Source: the human T2T-CHM13v2.0 reference genome, Homo sapiens. Taken from it: a DNA stretch of 64,000 nt. The DNA is taken from the NCBI RefSeq assembly GCF_009914755.1, contig NC_060933.1. One strand, written 5' to 3'. The translations under genes and the position numbers were made by a program. The notes beneath the pieces were generated by a model that searched no databases, was not told the DNA's origin, and saw nothing but the letters and a program-made list of their open reading frames with translations. Of the stretch, positions 41,211 to 55,466 are shown in pieces; within the stretch, counting starts at the first letter, position 1, and each line of letters begins with the position of its first letter.

Positions 41211-42110
41211 GTATTACTTTTTGGTAGAAATTAGTAGAATTGTATAGAAACTTGTTGTTACGTCAAAATAAACTCTTCAGTAATTCAAACATACAAATAG
41301 GATTTTAGGGGCATCTGGGGAGCTAGTAGGTATATTTAAAAGGAATTAGAGAGACTATGAGAGGGAAGATGGGAGGTTGCCATAAACAGGTTTTGCCTGC
41401 ACCTCAGATGTCCCTGAGATACTTAATTGGAATGGGTGGTCCTTCAAACAGGTACAGTGGAGGATATGCTCAGGACCAAGACAAGGCTGGAAGCTAAATA
41501 TGCTGTTTCTGGCATGACACCTGGATCCAAGGGGGTGGGCAACCTGAAAGTGCCATCAATTATGTACACAGTATTTCCTTGCAAGGAAAAATAGAAATAG
41601 TCTGGAGTTAGTCTTTCACCAAGATTGGCGGGTAGGAGGCATTAAGATAGTCAAGAAGACCAAGCTAATGGATAAATACTACGGGCTTCAGTGCCTGCCA
41701 TCATCAACCTGCTTCCTTAACTAAAAGTTATGTATTCCGGAAAATAATGCGAAAATCTTGTTGCTATTGAAGAGCAGTTAAAGGCAGATAAAATCTCAAC
41801 GCTGTAATGTGCATTCAGTTGTTTCAACTCCAGGGACATACAGGTGTTAAGGTCAAATCTCAGGGAAGCCAAGTGCCCAGCACTGTTTCTAGCCAGTTGT
41901 CCTCTCCCCAGTCAACTTCGAGTCTCTGTAGAGAATCATAGTTTTCTTTCAGAAACTGCTGTGCCTACAGTCACTGAACAATCAAGCATTTGTGTTGTTA
42001 CTCCTCCCAGGGATGTCAAATTAGAAAACAGCATCCCATCTCTGGGTGATCTGTGTTGCTGTGAAGTTGCAAATGAATTTGTTGTCTTGCTTTAAAAAAA
42101 AAAAAGTGCT

Positions 42111-42190
42111 CACATGTATACCTATGTAACCAACCTGCACATTCTGCACATGTACCCCAGAACTTAAAGTAAAATAAAAAAAATACAAAT
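42111..42190 (+). mobile_element. Extremely 5'-truncated L1PA (about PA7/8) 3' terminus plus A-tail
   Basis: cacatgtatacctatgtaaccaacctgcacattctgcacatgtaccccagaacttaaagtaaaat; flanked by aaaaaagtg(c/g)t. Confidence 0.85.
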
Positions 42191-42809
42191 AAAAAAGTGG
42201 TAACTCATGTAAAAAAAAGCTCAAAAATTATAGACCTTCCTCAGTTAATACTATTCCTGGAGTGTGTTAAACACTTTTCCCCAGTTCATTTTTGTTAAAA
42301 AGCTATTCCCTTTTCTTCCACCCCAACCCCTGGAAGACTGCAGAAGTTACAGGAAAAAGTACTGGAATGAATGTCCAAAGGCTAGAGTCTAATTTTATTC
42401 CATTACTAACTTACTGAGTGACTGACCTTGAACATGTCTCAACCTCTTTAGAATATTGATCTAAATATTATACGTATTTACTGTCTGTGGTTGGCTGACT
42501 TTTTTCTAATTTGCTTTACTCTTTTGTTGGCATCTGCTTCTATATGAAAAAAAATTACTGGTCTTGGCAACCATTTCCTGAAATAGAGTTTAATTTTCTT
42601 ACAGCCAAACTATATGTAACATCACTCAGAGTAGTGACTCGCACTACAGTTTCACAAGTGTGTATATGTGTGGATTCTGATAATTTTGTACTCTGTAGGG
42701 GAGGAAAAGAAATACAACTCAAGTTGAGAAGAAAAATTATCCTCAAAAATGTTTCGTTATCACTGTTTTTAGAGACTTTTGTTAAGGTTAGAGTTTGAGA
42801 TAGCACCAA

Positions 42810-43030
42810 GGTGGTAAAATGTGCAGAGAACAATGATAAAGTCTCAAGTTTAGCAGTCAGAAAGACCTGGGTTGAATCTTTGTCTCTGCTACCCACTAGC
42901 TATGTGATTTTTACACAACTGGTAAGTTGGTATAATATCTAGCTTGCAAATTAGATTTTCTATGGCAAATATAATGCAAATAAAGTCCTTACACATATAA
43001 GGAACTCAATAAATGGTGCTTTTATAATGA
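42810..43030 (+). mobile_element. MIR SINE
   Basis: cagtcagaaagacctgggttgaatct...ctgctacccactagctatgtga...ctcaataaatggtgct. Confidence 0.7.
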
Positions 43031-43344
43031 TGATGGTTGTGATTTCTGGGGGCAGAAGGAGAACACAGAAGGAGGAGAACAATACTTTGCTTCTGTAGCA
43101 GCAAAGTCATCCTTTGTCAGAAAAGGGCTTTCAGTTCGGTTCTGTAGAGCCTTCTAAGGGGGACTGTAAGCTACAACTCATCTTAAGAATTTCAACCCAT
43201 GTCTCCTGTTTTCTTTGCAATAGACCAAAGCATACCCTCTAAGATTCCAAAGTGTCCCCCATGAGCTTCCCCTGAGGATATTTCCTCACGAGAAGTAAGA
43301 AAAGGCCCATCCTCCAATTTCTGGGACCTAAGATGATGATCATA

Positions 43345-43570
43345 GCAATAATAATAATAAAATAATGCTTACCACTTATTGGGTTCTTTCTATAGAGGCC
43401 AAGCACTTTACTAAGTATTTTACATATATTATCTTATTTAATCTTCTCATCAATTTTGTGCATAGGTATTATCACCCCATTGAGAGATAAATAAGAATCT
43501 CAGGGCTCAAAGAGGTTAATAACTGAAAGTGCCAAGATTCATGCTCCACTTTCTTATTCACTACTTTATT
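43345..43570 (-). mobile_element. MIR SINE
   Basis: ccaagcactttactaagtattttacatatattatcttatttaatcttc...ggtattatcacccccatt. Confidence 0.7.
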
Positions 43571-43864
43571 CTGCATTATGTGCTACATGAAAATACTTAG
43601 CCTTGTTAATACTTAACCCAGGCTCCCTGGCTGCTAGGATTTTATGCTAAATTGTATAATTAGAATTTCAAATTTAGGGCAGTGACTGAGAATTATTATA
43701 CCTCAATATATGACCTTACAAAAGTATTTACTATAATAAATTTGTCTGCACTATCTTTTGGGGAAGTCTACAGAATTCTAAAGCAGAGTCACACACTTAA
43801 ACAGAAAAGAAATAGAAATGAGACTATACTTTTTTAAAAGGTGCTCAAATTAATAATTAATCTT

Positions 43865-44125
43865 TTAAATTTTTAATTGACATATAATTGTACATATTTA
43901 TGTGGTACAGAGACACATTTCTATGCATGTATACAATGTGTAATGATAAAATCAGTGTAACTGGCATATCTACCACCTCAAACATTTATCATTTTTTTGT
44001 GTCGGGAAATTTCAGAATCCTCTCTTACAGCTATTTGCAAATATACAATAAATTATTGTTTACTATAGTTGCTCTAAGTGCTAGAGAAACCAGAACTTAT
44101 TCCTTCAATCTAGCTGTAGTTTGAT
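43865..44125 (-). mobile_element. L1MA 3'-end fragment
   Basis: ttttaattgacatataattgtacatatttatg...atgtatacaatgtgtaatgataaaatcag...cacctcaaacatttatcattt. Confidence 0.8.
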
Positions 44126-45689
44126 TTGCCAATATATGTGTAAATGCTATGTGCCAGGCCCAGTTATAAGCATCTTATACCTATTATTTAATTCTTACCA
44201 CAATAAAAAATTCTATGTGTAGATGCTATTAAAATTCCCATTTTACAGATGAGAGAACAAAGGCACAAAAATTATAAACAACTATTTTTGAAAGAGTTGA
44301 TTAAACACCCAGGACAAGAAAAAGTCTTTAACAAGCAAAGAACACAGATGCAAATGAAAAAATCAATCTTATTTATAAAGAAAAACAATAAAAACAACAT
44401 AGGAGTTGTTCCTCGAGATTGAAGGATATTAGTGATCAGTTTACAAATAAATTGGGTTTGCATATCTTAGATATGTTGGATTTTACACTACTGAGTCAGA
44501 GAACACTCTCATTTTGCTCAGATTTAGTCCTCAGAGATCCAAAATAACACCCAAATTGCTACTTCACACATATTATCAACATTTGGTCTTAGATCTCTCC
44601 AATAACTTTTCTGTATTTCTGGAATTGTTTCAGGAGATCCATCGCCTAGGTTTCATAACATATTTAATTAGTTATTCGTTCTTATTTTGTTACAAAACTC
44701 AACAAATGGGTTGTGGCATCTTCATTTATAGAATGAACACTTTCACTTTATGAAATTGGTGCTACACACTAAGTCATCTGACTATTCCATGGTCAACCTT
44801 CCTCTTCATTTTAAATAAATCGTTTCCAGCTTGTACTGCTTTTAATGAGATTAAATGAATAGAGACCTAGCCTCCTTTTATTATAAGGAGTTGATCGTTT
44901 CAAATATCCCCAAAGTCATCTTGAATCTGTGAGATCCACTGCCTGCCTTTTGTAATACTTAACTGGAATGCTTTATTCCAAGAATAAAGTGGTGCTCAAA
45001 GTCAGCATTTAAAAATGTTATCAAACAGATTTTTTTAATGTTGCTAATTGCCCTTCTCCTTTCTCCAAGAAACTGTGCTAGCCTTAACATACATTGCCAC
45101 ATATATAAATACTAAATGCTTATTAAAAGACAGGCATTGTGCTAGGTGCTGGAGATACAAAGATGTTTAAGATACACCCACAAAGAACTGAACAAGACAG
45201 GGCACCAAAGCCACTCAGCTGACTGTCATCTTGAAATTATGGATTCTGTGTCCTAATTTATCACCCTCATTCTGTTCTAGCCTTTCTGATGCTTGGCATT
45301 AATTTTCCTTTTCTGAGCACTGACCCCACCTCTCCTATTCTATTCCTCCACTGTTGAACCGGAACAAAGGTCACTTGAAAGCGAAGCAAAACTCAGCTGT
45401 TACCAAAGGCGCAAAGATCAAAGTTGGCAGCTACGCTAAAGTTCAGGATTCAGAGACTTCCTCTTTAAGATCAAAATTCCAGATGATCCAAATATAGGCA
45501 AATGAGCCCCAGTAGAACACTCAGCTTTCTGTGCTGAATCCAGGAAAGAAGCAGAAATCACCATAGAAGCAACTCAGTTTCACTCTTTGCAACCCCGTGG
45601 GCTCTATGCTAATTGCCTACCCCAAGAGTGAGATCGCATTTCAAAATATGGTCAAACGCAAAACAGCCAAGTCAATCAAGCATTAAGTA

Positions 45690-46400
45690 TTCAAGCACAA
45701 TTATCCGAACACATGCCCAAGGACCAGCAGTGAAGCAGCTTAATTTGGGAGCGGCTCCGTAATCATCTCTCCGGGCAGCTGAGATTTTAACCTCTCCCCT
45801 CGGGCCTCCTGTTCGGGGCACTAGGCTAGCTCTCTCTGTGTGAGAGATCACAACGGGAGCCGCTGCCCCCCAGTTGTGAGGCTTCATTTAAATTCATGCT
45901 AAGGGTAAGGGAGGGGGAGGGGGCAGAAGGTCTGCAGAAGCCCCCATTGTTGGGGAGAGACGTGTGGGAGCAGATGGTCTGGCTGGTCACTCAGTCTGGC
46001 TGTCAGATGCTCTCTGTCAAGTTCCCTGGGGACTGCAGGGTTTTCTTTCCACTCTCCGCTCTGGTCATATGTGTTTGCTCAGCGTGAGCGAGGGGTCTTT
46101 TTCTTTATCACCCCTCAGACTTCCAGGGGGCTGAGTTGCCTTCTCCGTCCCCCACTCCTTCCCTCTGCTTTCTCTGCTTTTTCTGGACCAGCTAGTGCCG
46201 CGCCTCCAAGGGCCCGCTCGCTGCAGAGAAAAGCAAGCGATTTCCTTTGTCTCTAATTGATGCTGCGCTCTCATCCAGCAGCTTCTGACTGGCATGCTCA
46301 CTCGGTTATTTAACAAATTACTCCACAGCCCTCATTAGAACTATTGACATGTACAGCTAACCAACCCCTACAGTTAGGGACGATGTGGTAACCGACTTCC
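45690..46400. promoter_or_regulatory. Candidate enhancer or alternative promoter (CpG-retaining, repeat-free island)
   Basis: About 20 CpGs in ~650 bp against a CpG-depleted background; several TAAT/ATTA cores; G4 motif at 45903-45923; no recognisable repeat. Confidence 0.5.
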
Positions 46401-49060
46401 ATCATCTTCGTGGCTCCTTTTACTTCTGTCCTGCAATGGGATAAGCAGATAGACCTTCAGAGGTTTAGTGGGCCTTAATACTCACCTTTTATATTATGTC
46501 AGGGTCTAAAAAAAATAAACAGATAAAACATGGGTTACAGATGCGACTCTTATTTGCATCAGTAAGGGACAAACACGGAGTCAGCTTTTCTACATATAAC
46601 TCTGTCTCTAAAGCATTAGCTGTTGAACATAAATCTTGGCCTCAAAACCTGCTCCCTTTTAAGATTCCACACAGCTTGTGCCAAGGCAGCTATTCCTTGC
46701 AGTTCTCAGTTAAGATTTTCCCCAGCTCAGGAGGCTGTTAAATTTTAGTTTTTAGACCATACTGGCAGCTCAGGACTCACTAATGATGCCTCTGTCAGCT
46801 GGAGGAAGTCAATGTCAGCCCAGAGAGGATAGTGTCTGAGATTGGGTGGCAAAGTGAAAGTGAGAAATATCATTTGATCCCCTCATCTGGCTGGGATTAA
46901 TGTTTTCCTTTCATAAGTTATCCTCTGGAAATAAACGTTTGAGTGTTTCCATTTACACTCATCAACAGAATTTTGTTTTCGTGTTTATCTCCCTTTCTCC
47001 CCAAAATTATAGAAACTTGAAAGCAGAGATTGTAGTAGTCGTATTTATTGGTTCAGGATACAGTGTTATCTCTTCAGAGTAGCTCAATAAATGTTAAATA
47101 AACAAATGACAGAAATTAACAAATACTAGAAATTAACAAAATGGAATATAAGAAAATGTAAAAGAAGACTAGCTCTAAACTAAATGTGAAACATTTTTTC
47201 CATACCCCCACTATTCTAGATATTCCTGTATGCTACAGCAAAAACCATACCATTTTACTGTGAAGTAAAATGGCTGTGAAGAATTAAACAGAAAACCTGA
47301 CTCACTAAAAACTTATAGTCTAAAAGATCAAAAACTCTAACTGCCCAAGTACTAATGTCAGGTGAAGACCAGCCCACAAGCTAGCAACTTGGACAAGCAG
47401 TTTTGCAAGAAGTGCAATTGACACATCTGTGAGGGATGGGACAGGAGCTTACCAAGGCCTGTAAACCTCACCCAGTTATTTGCATGAGCCCTGAGTAGAC
47501 AGGGGTTACATGCAAAAGCAGAAGGAATGGATTAAGTGCAGGGCTGCTTTAGTGCCCAAGATACAAAGTGTGACACGGAGAGTGGGGGCTGTCTTCCCCT
47601 GAGTAGCACTGCTGCAGGAGCTTGAGCATTTACAGCTTTCAGAACCTCAGGGGATGGCATCTTTAGCACAGACATCAAGCTTCTTCATTGAATACTTGTT
47701 GCAGTAAGATACCAAGTAGCTTACCAGGACATCATTGTGGGTGGAGGGGCTGAAGAAAAAAGAAAAGGAGGAAATGGACACAACCCATTGTAGTACAGAA
47801 CACTGTGCAAACACCCCTAAAGAAAGTCAAAAATTGAAAACTTAAGGAGGCCTGCCTATATACCCTACTTTAGCAGATAAAGGTGAAAGCCAGGACATAT
47901 TGTTTATGCACACTTACATACATACTTTTCTTTTTACGGCATGTTAGCTTTTCTTTTCATGTAGACATAAGTACCAGAAAACCCATCTTGCACATATAAC
48001 AATACACCCTCCAATTTGAAATCATAGAACACTCTTTAGGAGTGGGTATCTCTATAGTTTGTGTTCTATAATTTTCTAAGAAAGACTTCTCTAATCCATT
48101 CAATCTACTGTTTTTTACCTTTACAAAAGTCTTTTTGTTATAACATGAACCAAAGAGACCACTTTAAAATAAGATGAGCAAATGCTCTACAGATAGACTG
48201 CCACCATCCCTTCTCATACCCGTTACAGACATTGCTGGTCACTAAAGGCTTTAATTCTAGCCTTCAAATTCTGCTAAAGCACAGTATACCAGCAGCTTTT
48301 ACCAATCAATCTGTGCTGGTATTTGATATTGCTCCTATTTGTCACCTTCTTTAAAGATAATAATCACATATTGCAAATATTAAAGCACAGGAAGTGAGCT
48401 TCATTGCTCAAGAGGCAGTGAGAAGACTATGACACAACTTTTACTATCAAAAGGGCATGTCCACCATTGTCAGGAAGTGCTCCTGGTTTCCACAAGAAGA
48501 CATGGAATGTAGCCTGTGGGATGGGGTAGAGGATCATGATGGGAGGACAAGCTTAGAAAAATGGTAACTTGACATACTTACATTTGTGTGTGTCTATGGA
48601 GATAGTGGGTATTTGGTAGCATTGAGGAAGCTGAGGAGTCCTAGGAAGATTTTCAGGGAGGTAGCTTCTCAGGCTTGGCAGGCTACAGGATAGGAATAGG
48701 AAGTTGTTTCTCCTTGGCCACATCTTCCTAGAAGTGATAAGGGAAAGCCTTGGATCTCATTTCCTTTTTCTTGGACAGGACCTTCATATTAGCATACAGG
48801 CCCCTTAGGTGGTATGTTAATACATAAGAAAGTCCATGACAGAAACTAACAAAAAACAGTCACAACACAGAGTGCCATTGGCCAGGAGCCTTTGCTGCAC
48901 ACTGTCAAGAATAAGAAATTTGAAGAGCAGGTAGGTTTTGTTTTGTGGTTCAGGTTTCAGCTATCATTTGAGTGCTATGTGCTTTGTATATATTAACCAC
49001 CTCACTTGATCCCCACAACTGCCCTGTGAATTATCCCCATTTAAAAATAACTAAGACCCA

Positions 49061-49404
<344 letters not shown>

Positions 49405-51149
49405 CTAAGACCCAATGAGGTTAAAGTCATAGAGCCCGAAGTGGCCAAATCAGTATTCAGATTAGAACGGGTTTGTGGCAACAAAGCCAGGGTTCTTTCA
49501 CCACACACTGTAAACCCATCTCAGGGGTGAATAACCTACACACCTAGAATATCTTTAAGGCCCATCCATGCTTCTTCCTTCTCTCTCTCTCTCTGACATG
49601 AGCTTTACAGGGACTTCTTTTTCCTGGCCAACTCTGTTTCATGTGCCACATCTGGGTCTGAGAATGGAACAACAAGAGAAGGACAGTCTCTATGGCTTAA
49701 CTTTCCAACAGTAGAAAAGAATTGAAGGCACCCTTCTCTGAAGTTTCACTCCCCTTCTCTTGTCCAGTGAATATCTAACCAGGCTGTTAATAGCCTCATT
49801 TGTGGGTGTCTATGTTTGTTTTACACCAAAATTACATATGATTACATTAAAATTATGAATATTCCTGATTGGCCACTCATTGATGGTAGTATGAGACAGT
49901 GAAATGGAAATAAAATTATTCTGAGATTTCAGCTCTTCAACAAATGTACACTGACATAATGTTAATATTTAACAGCTGGTATGAATCAGGTATCAACCAG
50001 AGAGAGTGTACAGGCCCTGGGGGCTGCCCAGCTGTGCCAGACATTAGGAACCTCTTAATTGCTGAAATACAGAGAAATGTGGAAAGATGGTAGAGTACAA
50101 TGAGAAGACCCAAAGGAGCGACCCAGTAGCAAGAAAGTTTTCCAATAGTTTAATAATTGGTAGGGTCATAGAGGTGGTGCAACAGTGGAACATCAGCCCT
50201 GGAGATGCTTCCTAAAACATGACTCACGGTAACACAATGGAATGTTTTAACATGTCAAGAAAATTATGTTGACAAAAAATGGGGTTAGCCACCCTGTTAA
50301 GCCACCTGGCATAGAACATGGAGGCCAATGCCAACAGCTGCACTCATCTTAATGCTAATCCAGGAGAGACTTTGGTCCATTCATCAGGATTCATCAATGG
50401 TGGAGATGGGCCCAGCTGGCTCTCTAAGCCTATATCCATTAAAGAGTTAAGCTACCTAAGTAATCCCTTCACTCTGCTTCCATATCTATTTTAAAATTTA
50501 TTTTATTTGAACTTCTGTGCTGCTTTTTCTCTGTGAAACAGCTAAGATGAAAATATTTTTACACAATCATGTTGAGCATGTTGAGCAAACTTGGAGGAAG
50601 TAGTAGATGTCTATTACATTGCTGCTTTCAGCACCCTTCCCTGATCAGCTTCAAGTATGATAATTAACACAGATATTGGGCAAGAGAACATTCCTAGGAA
50701 AAAGTTTGATTTCACTATGCCTAGTATGTTTAACTTGGAAAGTCCTGAAGGAACTGTTTCAGTGATACCAGCCAGGTTTTGCATTAAACATGATAGTTAT
50801 GGGGAAAAATAAAAGAAGGAGAGTGAAATTATTTTCCAAGTGCTGGTAACACTGAAAATGTAAACAGATTCAAGGAGGGTTTGGTAAATCCAGTGATGTA
50901 AAATCTGAACAGATTAGTGTCCTCTCAAGTCCTTTGAGACTTGTGTGTTAGAGATTTTCTTCCCACCAGGCTGATGCTATGAAAAGGGATTATTAGGCAA
51001 GTTGAAAAATTACAACCCATTTGATGATATACTATGGGACTGTGAAGGTTGGTGGCACAAAATGCCTGATAGGACCAACCAAACGTCCCATTTCTTAAAA
51101 CCTCCAACCTCCACATGTTCTAAGGATGAAGGGTTTGAATAGAGGGAAT

Positions 51150-51600
51150 CAGAGGCTTGAGCAATCATTGGAAGGGCTGGGGCAGCAAGGAACAGACAAG
51201 CATTTGCTGAAGATCTCTGCCACAACAGTGAGACTTGTGATTCCCAAGAAGCTGCTGCAAATGTCAAGAACCTCCAGGAAGCTCCCTCTCCCTATCTCAG
51301 CCAGAACATGCAACTAAAGATTTTTTAAAAGCCGCATTGTCTACCTCCACTGCCTGGATCACAAAGCAGGTAATTCACAGGAGCTTGCTATAAGCTTCTG
51401 CAAACCTCCTCTGTCACCGGTTCACAAATCTGCATACACTGCCTCTGGAGTATAATGGCCTCTTTTTCTGTTCACCTTCTAAATCTGACATGATTGGCTG
51501 TCATGGGCAGACCCTAACTTGGAACCATGTGGGGAGGGGGATCCTGGAAGACATGTCTCTAGCTTCTCCTCTATAAAAGCTTAGATGCAGATGAAGGTCA
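51150..51600. mobile_element. Old MaLR/ERVL LTR-like segment (MLT type)
   Basis: gctgctgcaaatgtcaagaacctcc...tgattggctg...gaccctaac...gggagggggatcctgg...tagcttctc resemble MLT LTRs. Confidence 0.35.
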
Positions 51601-52311
51601 TTTGAAGCTGATAACAGATGACTCAGCACAACACGAAGAGGCCCAGGCTTGCGAATGAATGAGTAAGTGAACCTGAATCCCTGAACACTTGAGGTAGCCA
51701 CATTTTCACACAGCCTTTTAAAAACTAGTCAGAAACATTCTGGTGGCCGAGAGACAGAACCTTATTTGGGGACATTGTAAGGGTTAGACCTCAGCTGATC
51801 CCTAAAACTTAATGTTTCTCAGACTTATGAAAGAAAAGAAGAACCTGGAAGAAATAACGCTCTTTGCAAAATACTATGTTCTGCCAAATACCTTAAAATA
51901 TCAGCATAGTGAATTTCATCATGTGAAGCAGGAACAATTTTACTAGGAGAAAAACTCTGTATGTAGAACTGGGAGCCCACATGTCCACAAAGAAACAAGC
52001 TGTCAAACCAAGCATGATCAACTGTTTCAGAATTTTTCCATTAATATTCATTTGCTGCTTGTTCATTTCTTTGGTCGTCTGCTAGTGCTTGCTACCAGAC
52101 AAGTGGTAGCAGGCATCAAAGTCAAAGAATAAATTTTGGGATAAAACATTGAGAAAATTATCTCCTCTAATATGACAATGTTTTTCTCCCTGCAAATTTT
52201 GAAAGGATTGCCACTACCCTTGACTAATACTAGCCATCTCAGCCCAATATTCCACTGGGCAGTTTTATAAGGTAACGAATTTGGATCAAACCTGGAAGAG
52301 TATTAAAATAT

Positions 52312-52635
<324 letters not shown>

Positions 52636-52681
52636 AAGAGTATTAAAATATTGGCCTAACAACATTTTAAAAGATAAAGTA

Positions 52682-53058
<377 letters not shown>

Positions 53059-53259
53059 CTAAAAATTTTTCCAAACCTGAGATTCTTTGAACTGCACATC
53101 TCTAAAAGTTCTTTGCCAGAATTTTCTTCTGAGTGGCTCAAAATCATGGAAATTTTGCAGAACTTTTCAACACTATGTTAGAAATCCAATGCAGGAAGTA
53201 AAAAGGGTCTTCTACTGGAAAAACAAAAAAAAAAGTATAGACATTAAAGCTGAAAGAGT

Positions 53260-53623
<364 letters not shown>

Positions 53624-53984
53624 CTAACTAACATTTTTAGCAGTTCAAGGGCATAGTCCAGAGTTTTGACGCTGAAGTATCATGTATGGGCATTAAGAGA
53701 GAAATGAGGTAGACCCCTTCTCCTAAACCTGGAAAACAAAGAATGGGACCTTGACTCTTCCCAGATGAATATCAAATATATTTATTTTAAAATGTGTGTG
53801 ATGGACTGTCTTGCTGTAACTAAAACCGGATGATGAGAAAGGACATCATGCAGCCTCATAAAGGAAACTGTCCAGAAGGCGGGACTCTGGATTGTGTAAC
53901 CTGGATCCCACAGCAGGGTCAAGGTCAGTGGAATTATAAACAGGCTATACACTAAAACTTGACCGGGCCAGCCTGGTTCAGTGG

Positions 53985-54400
53985 ATGACTTCTCATTACC
54001 CTTAGAATAAAATCTAAGCTCCTTACTATGGTTTGTAAGTCCTAAAGGACTGGGCCTCTGCCCACCTAGTACTCTCCTTCCTGTTCACCAAGTTCCAACC
54101 ACACTGGCATTCTTATGTTGGCTCAAATATACTTAACTTATTCCAACCTCAGGGGCTTTACACCTGCTATTTCCTCAATTCTTCACTTGCACACATCTTT
54201 TGAAACAGAGGTCTTTCCTAACCACCCTACCTAAAAGAACTTCCATCATCCCAACCCAGCCATGGTCTTTCCCATTTCCCTCCTTTATGTTCTTCATAGG
54301 ACATGCTATCATCTGAAATGAAAATATAGGCATACTTTTTCAACTACCTCTCCTGCTAGAACATAAAGGCCACGAAAATGAGGATCTTATCTTTCTTAAC
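53985..54400 (+). mobile_element. L2 LINE 3' fragment
   Basis: cttagaataaaatctaagctccttactatgg...ccacactggc...acctcaggggcttt...tctttcctaaccaccct. Confidence 0.7.
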
Positions 54401-54479
54401 CACAACAGGAATGAGTTGAAAGAGTTGTACCACCAAGAGAGATAACTCTTAGAGCACATTCTCTACTGTGTGTTAATTT

Positions 54480-54940
54480 ATTTTTTTTGTCATTCAAAAA
54501 GCACTTATTAAGCACCTACCCTATGCCAGGCACCATTCTAGGTGCTCAGGATAAAGCAATGAACAAAGTCCCTGTCCTCCTGGAGCTTACATTCTAGTAT
54601 GCAGAGATAGTCAATAAACAAATATAACAATATCAAGTATGCTTATGAAGAAAAAGAAAGCTGGATGCAAAAAAATGATACATAATTGGTATTTCATGTT
54701 TTATTATATATGGGGTATTCTGTAAAGGCTTCTCTGAGGAAGTGACACTTAAGTAGAGAGCTAAAAGAAGTGAAGAAGCTACCATGTGAGATCAGATAAG
54801 AGTAAATGTTACCCCACACAGAGGAAATAGGAAGTGCAAAGGCCCTGAGGTGGGTGTACGGTTGGCAGGCTCAGAGAACAGCAAGGAGGCCAGGGTGGCT
54901 GAAGTAGAGAGCATGAAGGGGACAGGGATAGAAAATGATG
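54480..54940 (-). mobile_element. L2 LINE 3' fragment (probably resumes after 56860)
   Basis: cattcaaaaagcacttattaagcacctac...tgccaggcaccattctaggtgct...ggagcttacattctagt...gtgcaaaggccctgagg. Confidence 0.75.
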
Positions 54941-54942
54941 CT

Positions 54943-55228
54943 GGTTCAAGTGCAATGTCTCATGTCTGTAATCCCAGGATTTTGAGAGGCCAAGGCGGGT
55001 GGATCGGTTGAGCTCATGAGTTTGATACCAGCCTGGGTGACATGGCAAAACCCCATCTCTACAAAAAAAAAAAAAAAAAAAAAAAAATTACAAAAATTAG
55101 CCAGGTGTGGTAGCCCACACCTGTAGTCCCAACTACTTGAGGAGCTGACGTGAGAGGACTGTTTGAGCCTGAGAGTTAGAGGCTGCAGTGAGCTGTGTCA
55201 CACTACTGCAATCCAGCCTGGGAAAGAA
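54943..55228 (+). mobile_element. AluJ with expanded middle A-tract
   Basis: J-type gagctcatgagttt, gaggctgcagtgagctg; ~24-nt central A run. Confidence 0.88.
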
Positions 55229-55466
55229 AGAAAATAAAGAAAGACAAAGAAAGAGAAAGAAAGAAAGACAGAAAGACAGAAAAGACAGAAAGACAGAAAA
55301 GACAGAAAGAAAAGAAAGAAAGAACGAAAGAAAGAAAGAAAGAAAGAAAGGGAAAAGAAGAAGGAAAGAAAGGGACAAGGGAGAAACAAAGGAAAGGAAA
55401 GGGAGGAAGGAAGAAAGGAAGGAAGGAAGGAAAGAAAAGAAAGAGAAAGAAAGGAAGAAAGAGAAG
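55220..55466 (+). repeat. GA-rich polypurine array ((GAAA)n/(GGAA)n/GACA) grown from the Alu tail
   Basis: ~245 bp almost entirely purine on the + strand. Confidence 0.95.

Noticed and set aside
50627-50650. REST/RE1 left half-site ttcagcacc (similar at ~32225 and ~62527)
   Set aside because: No correctly spaced GGACAG right half.
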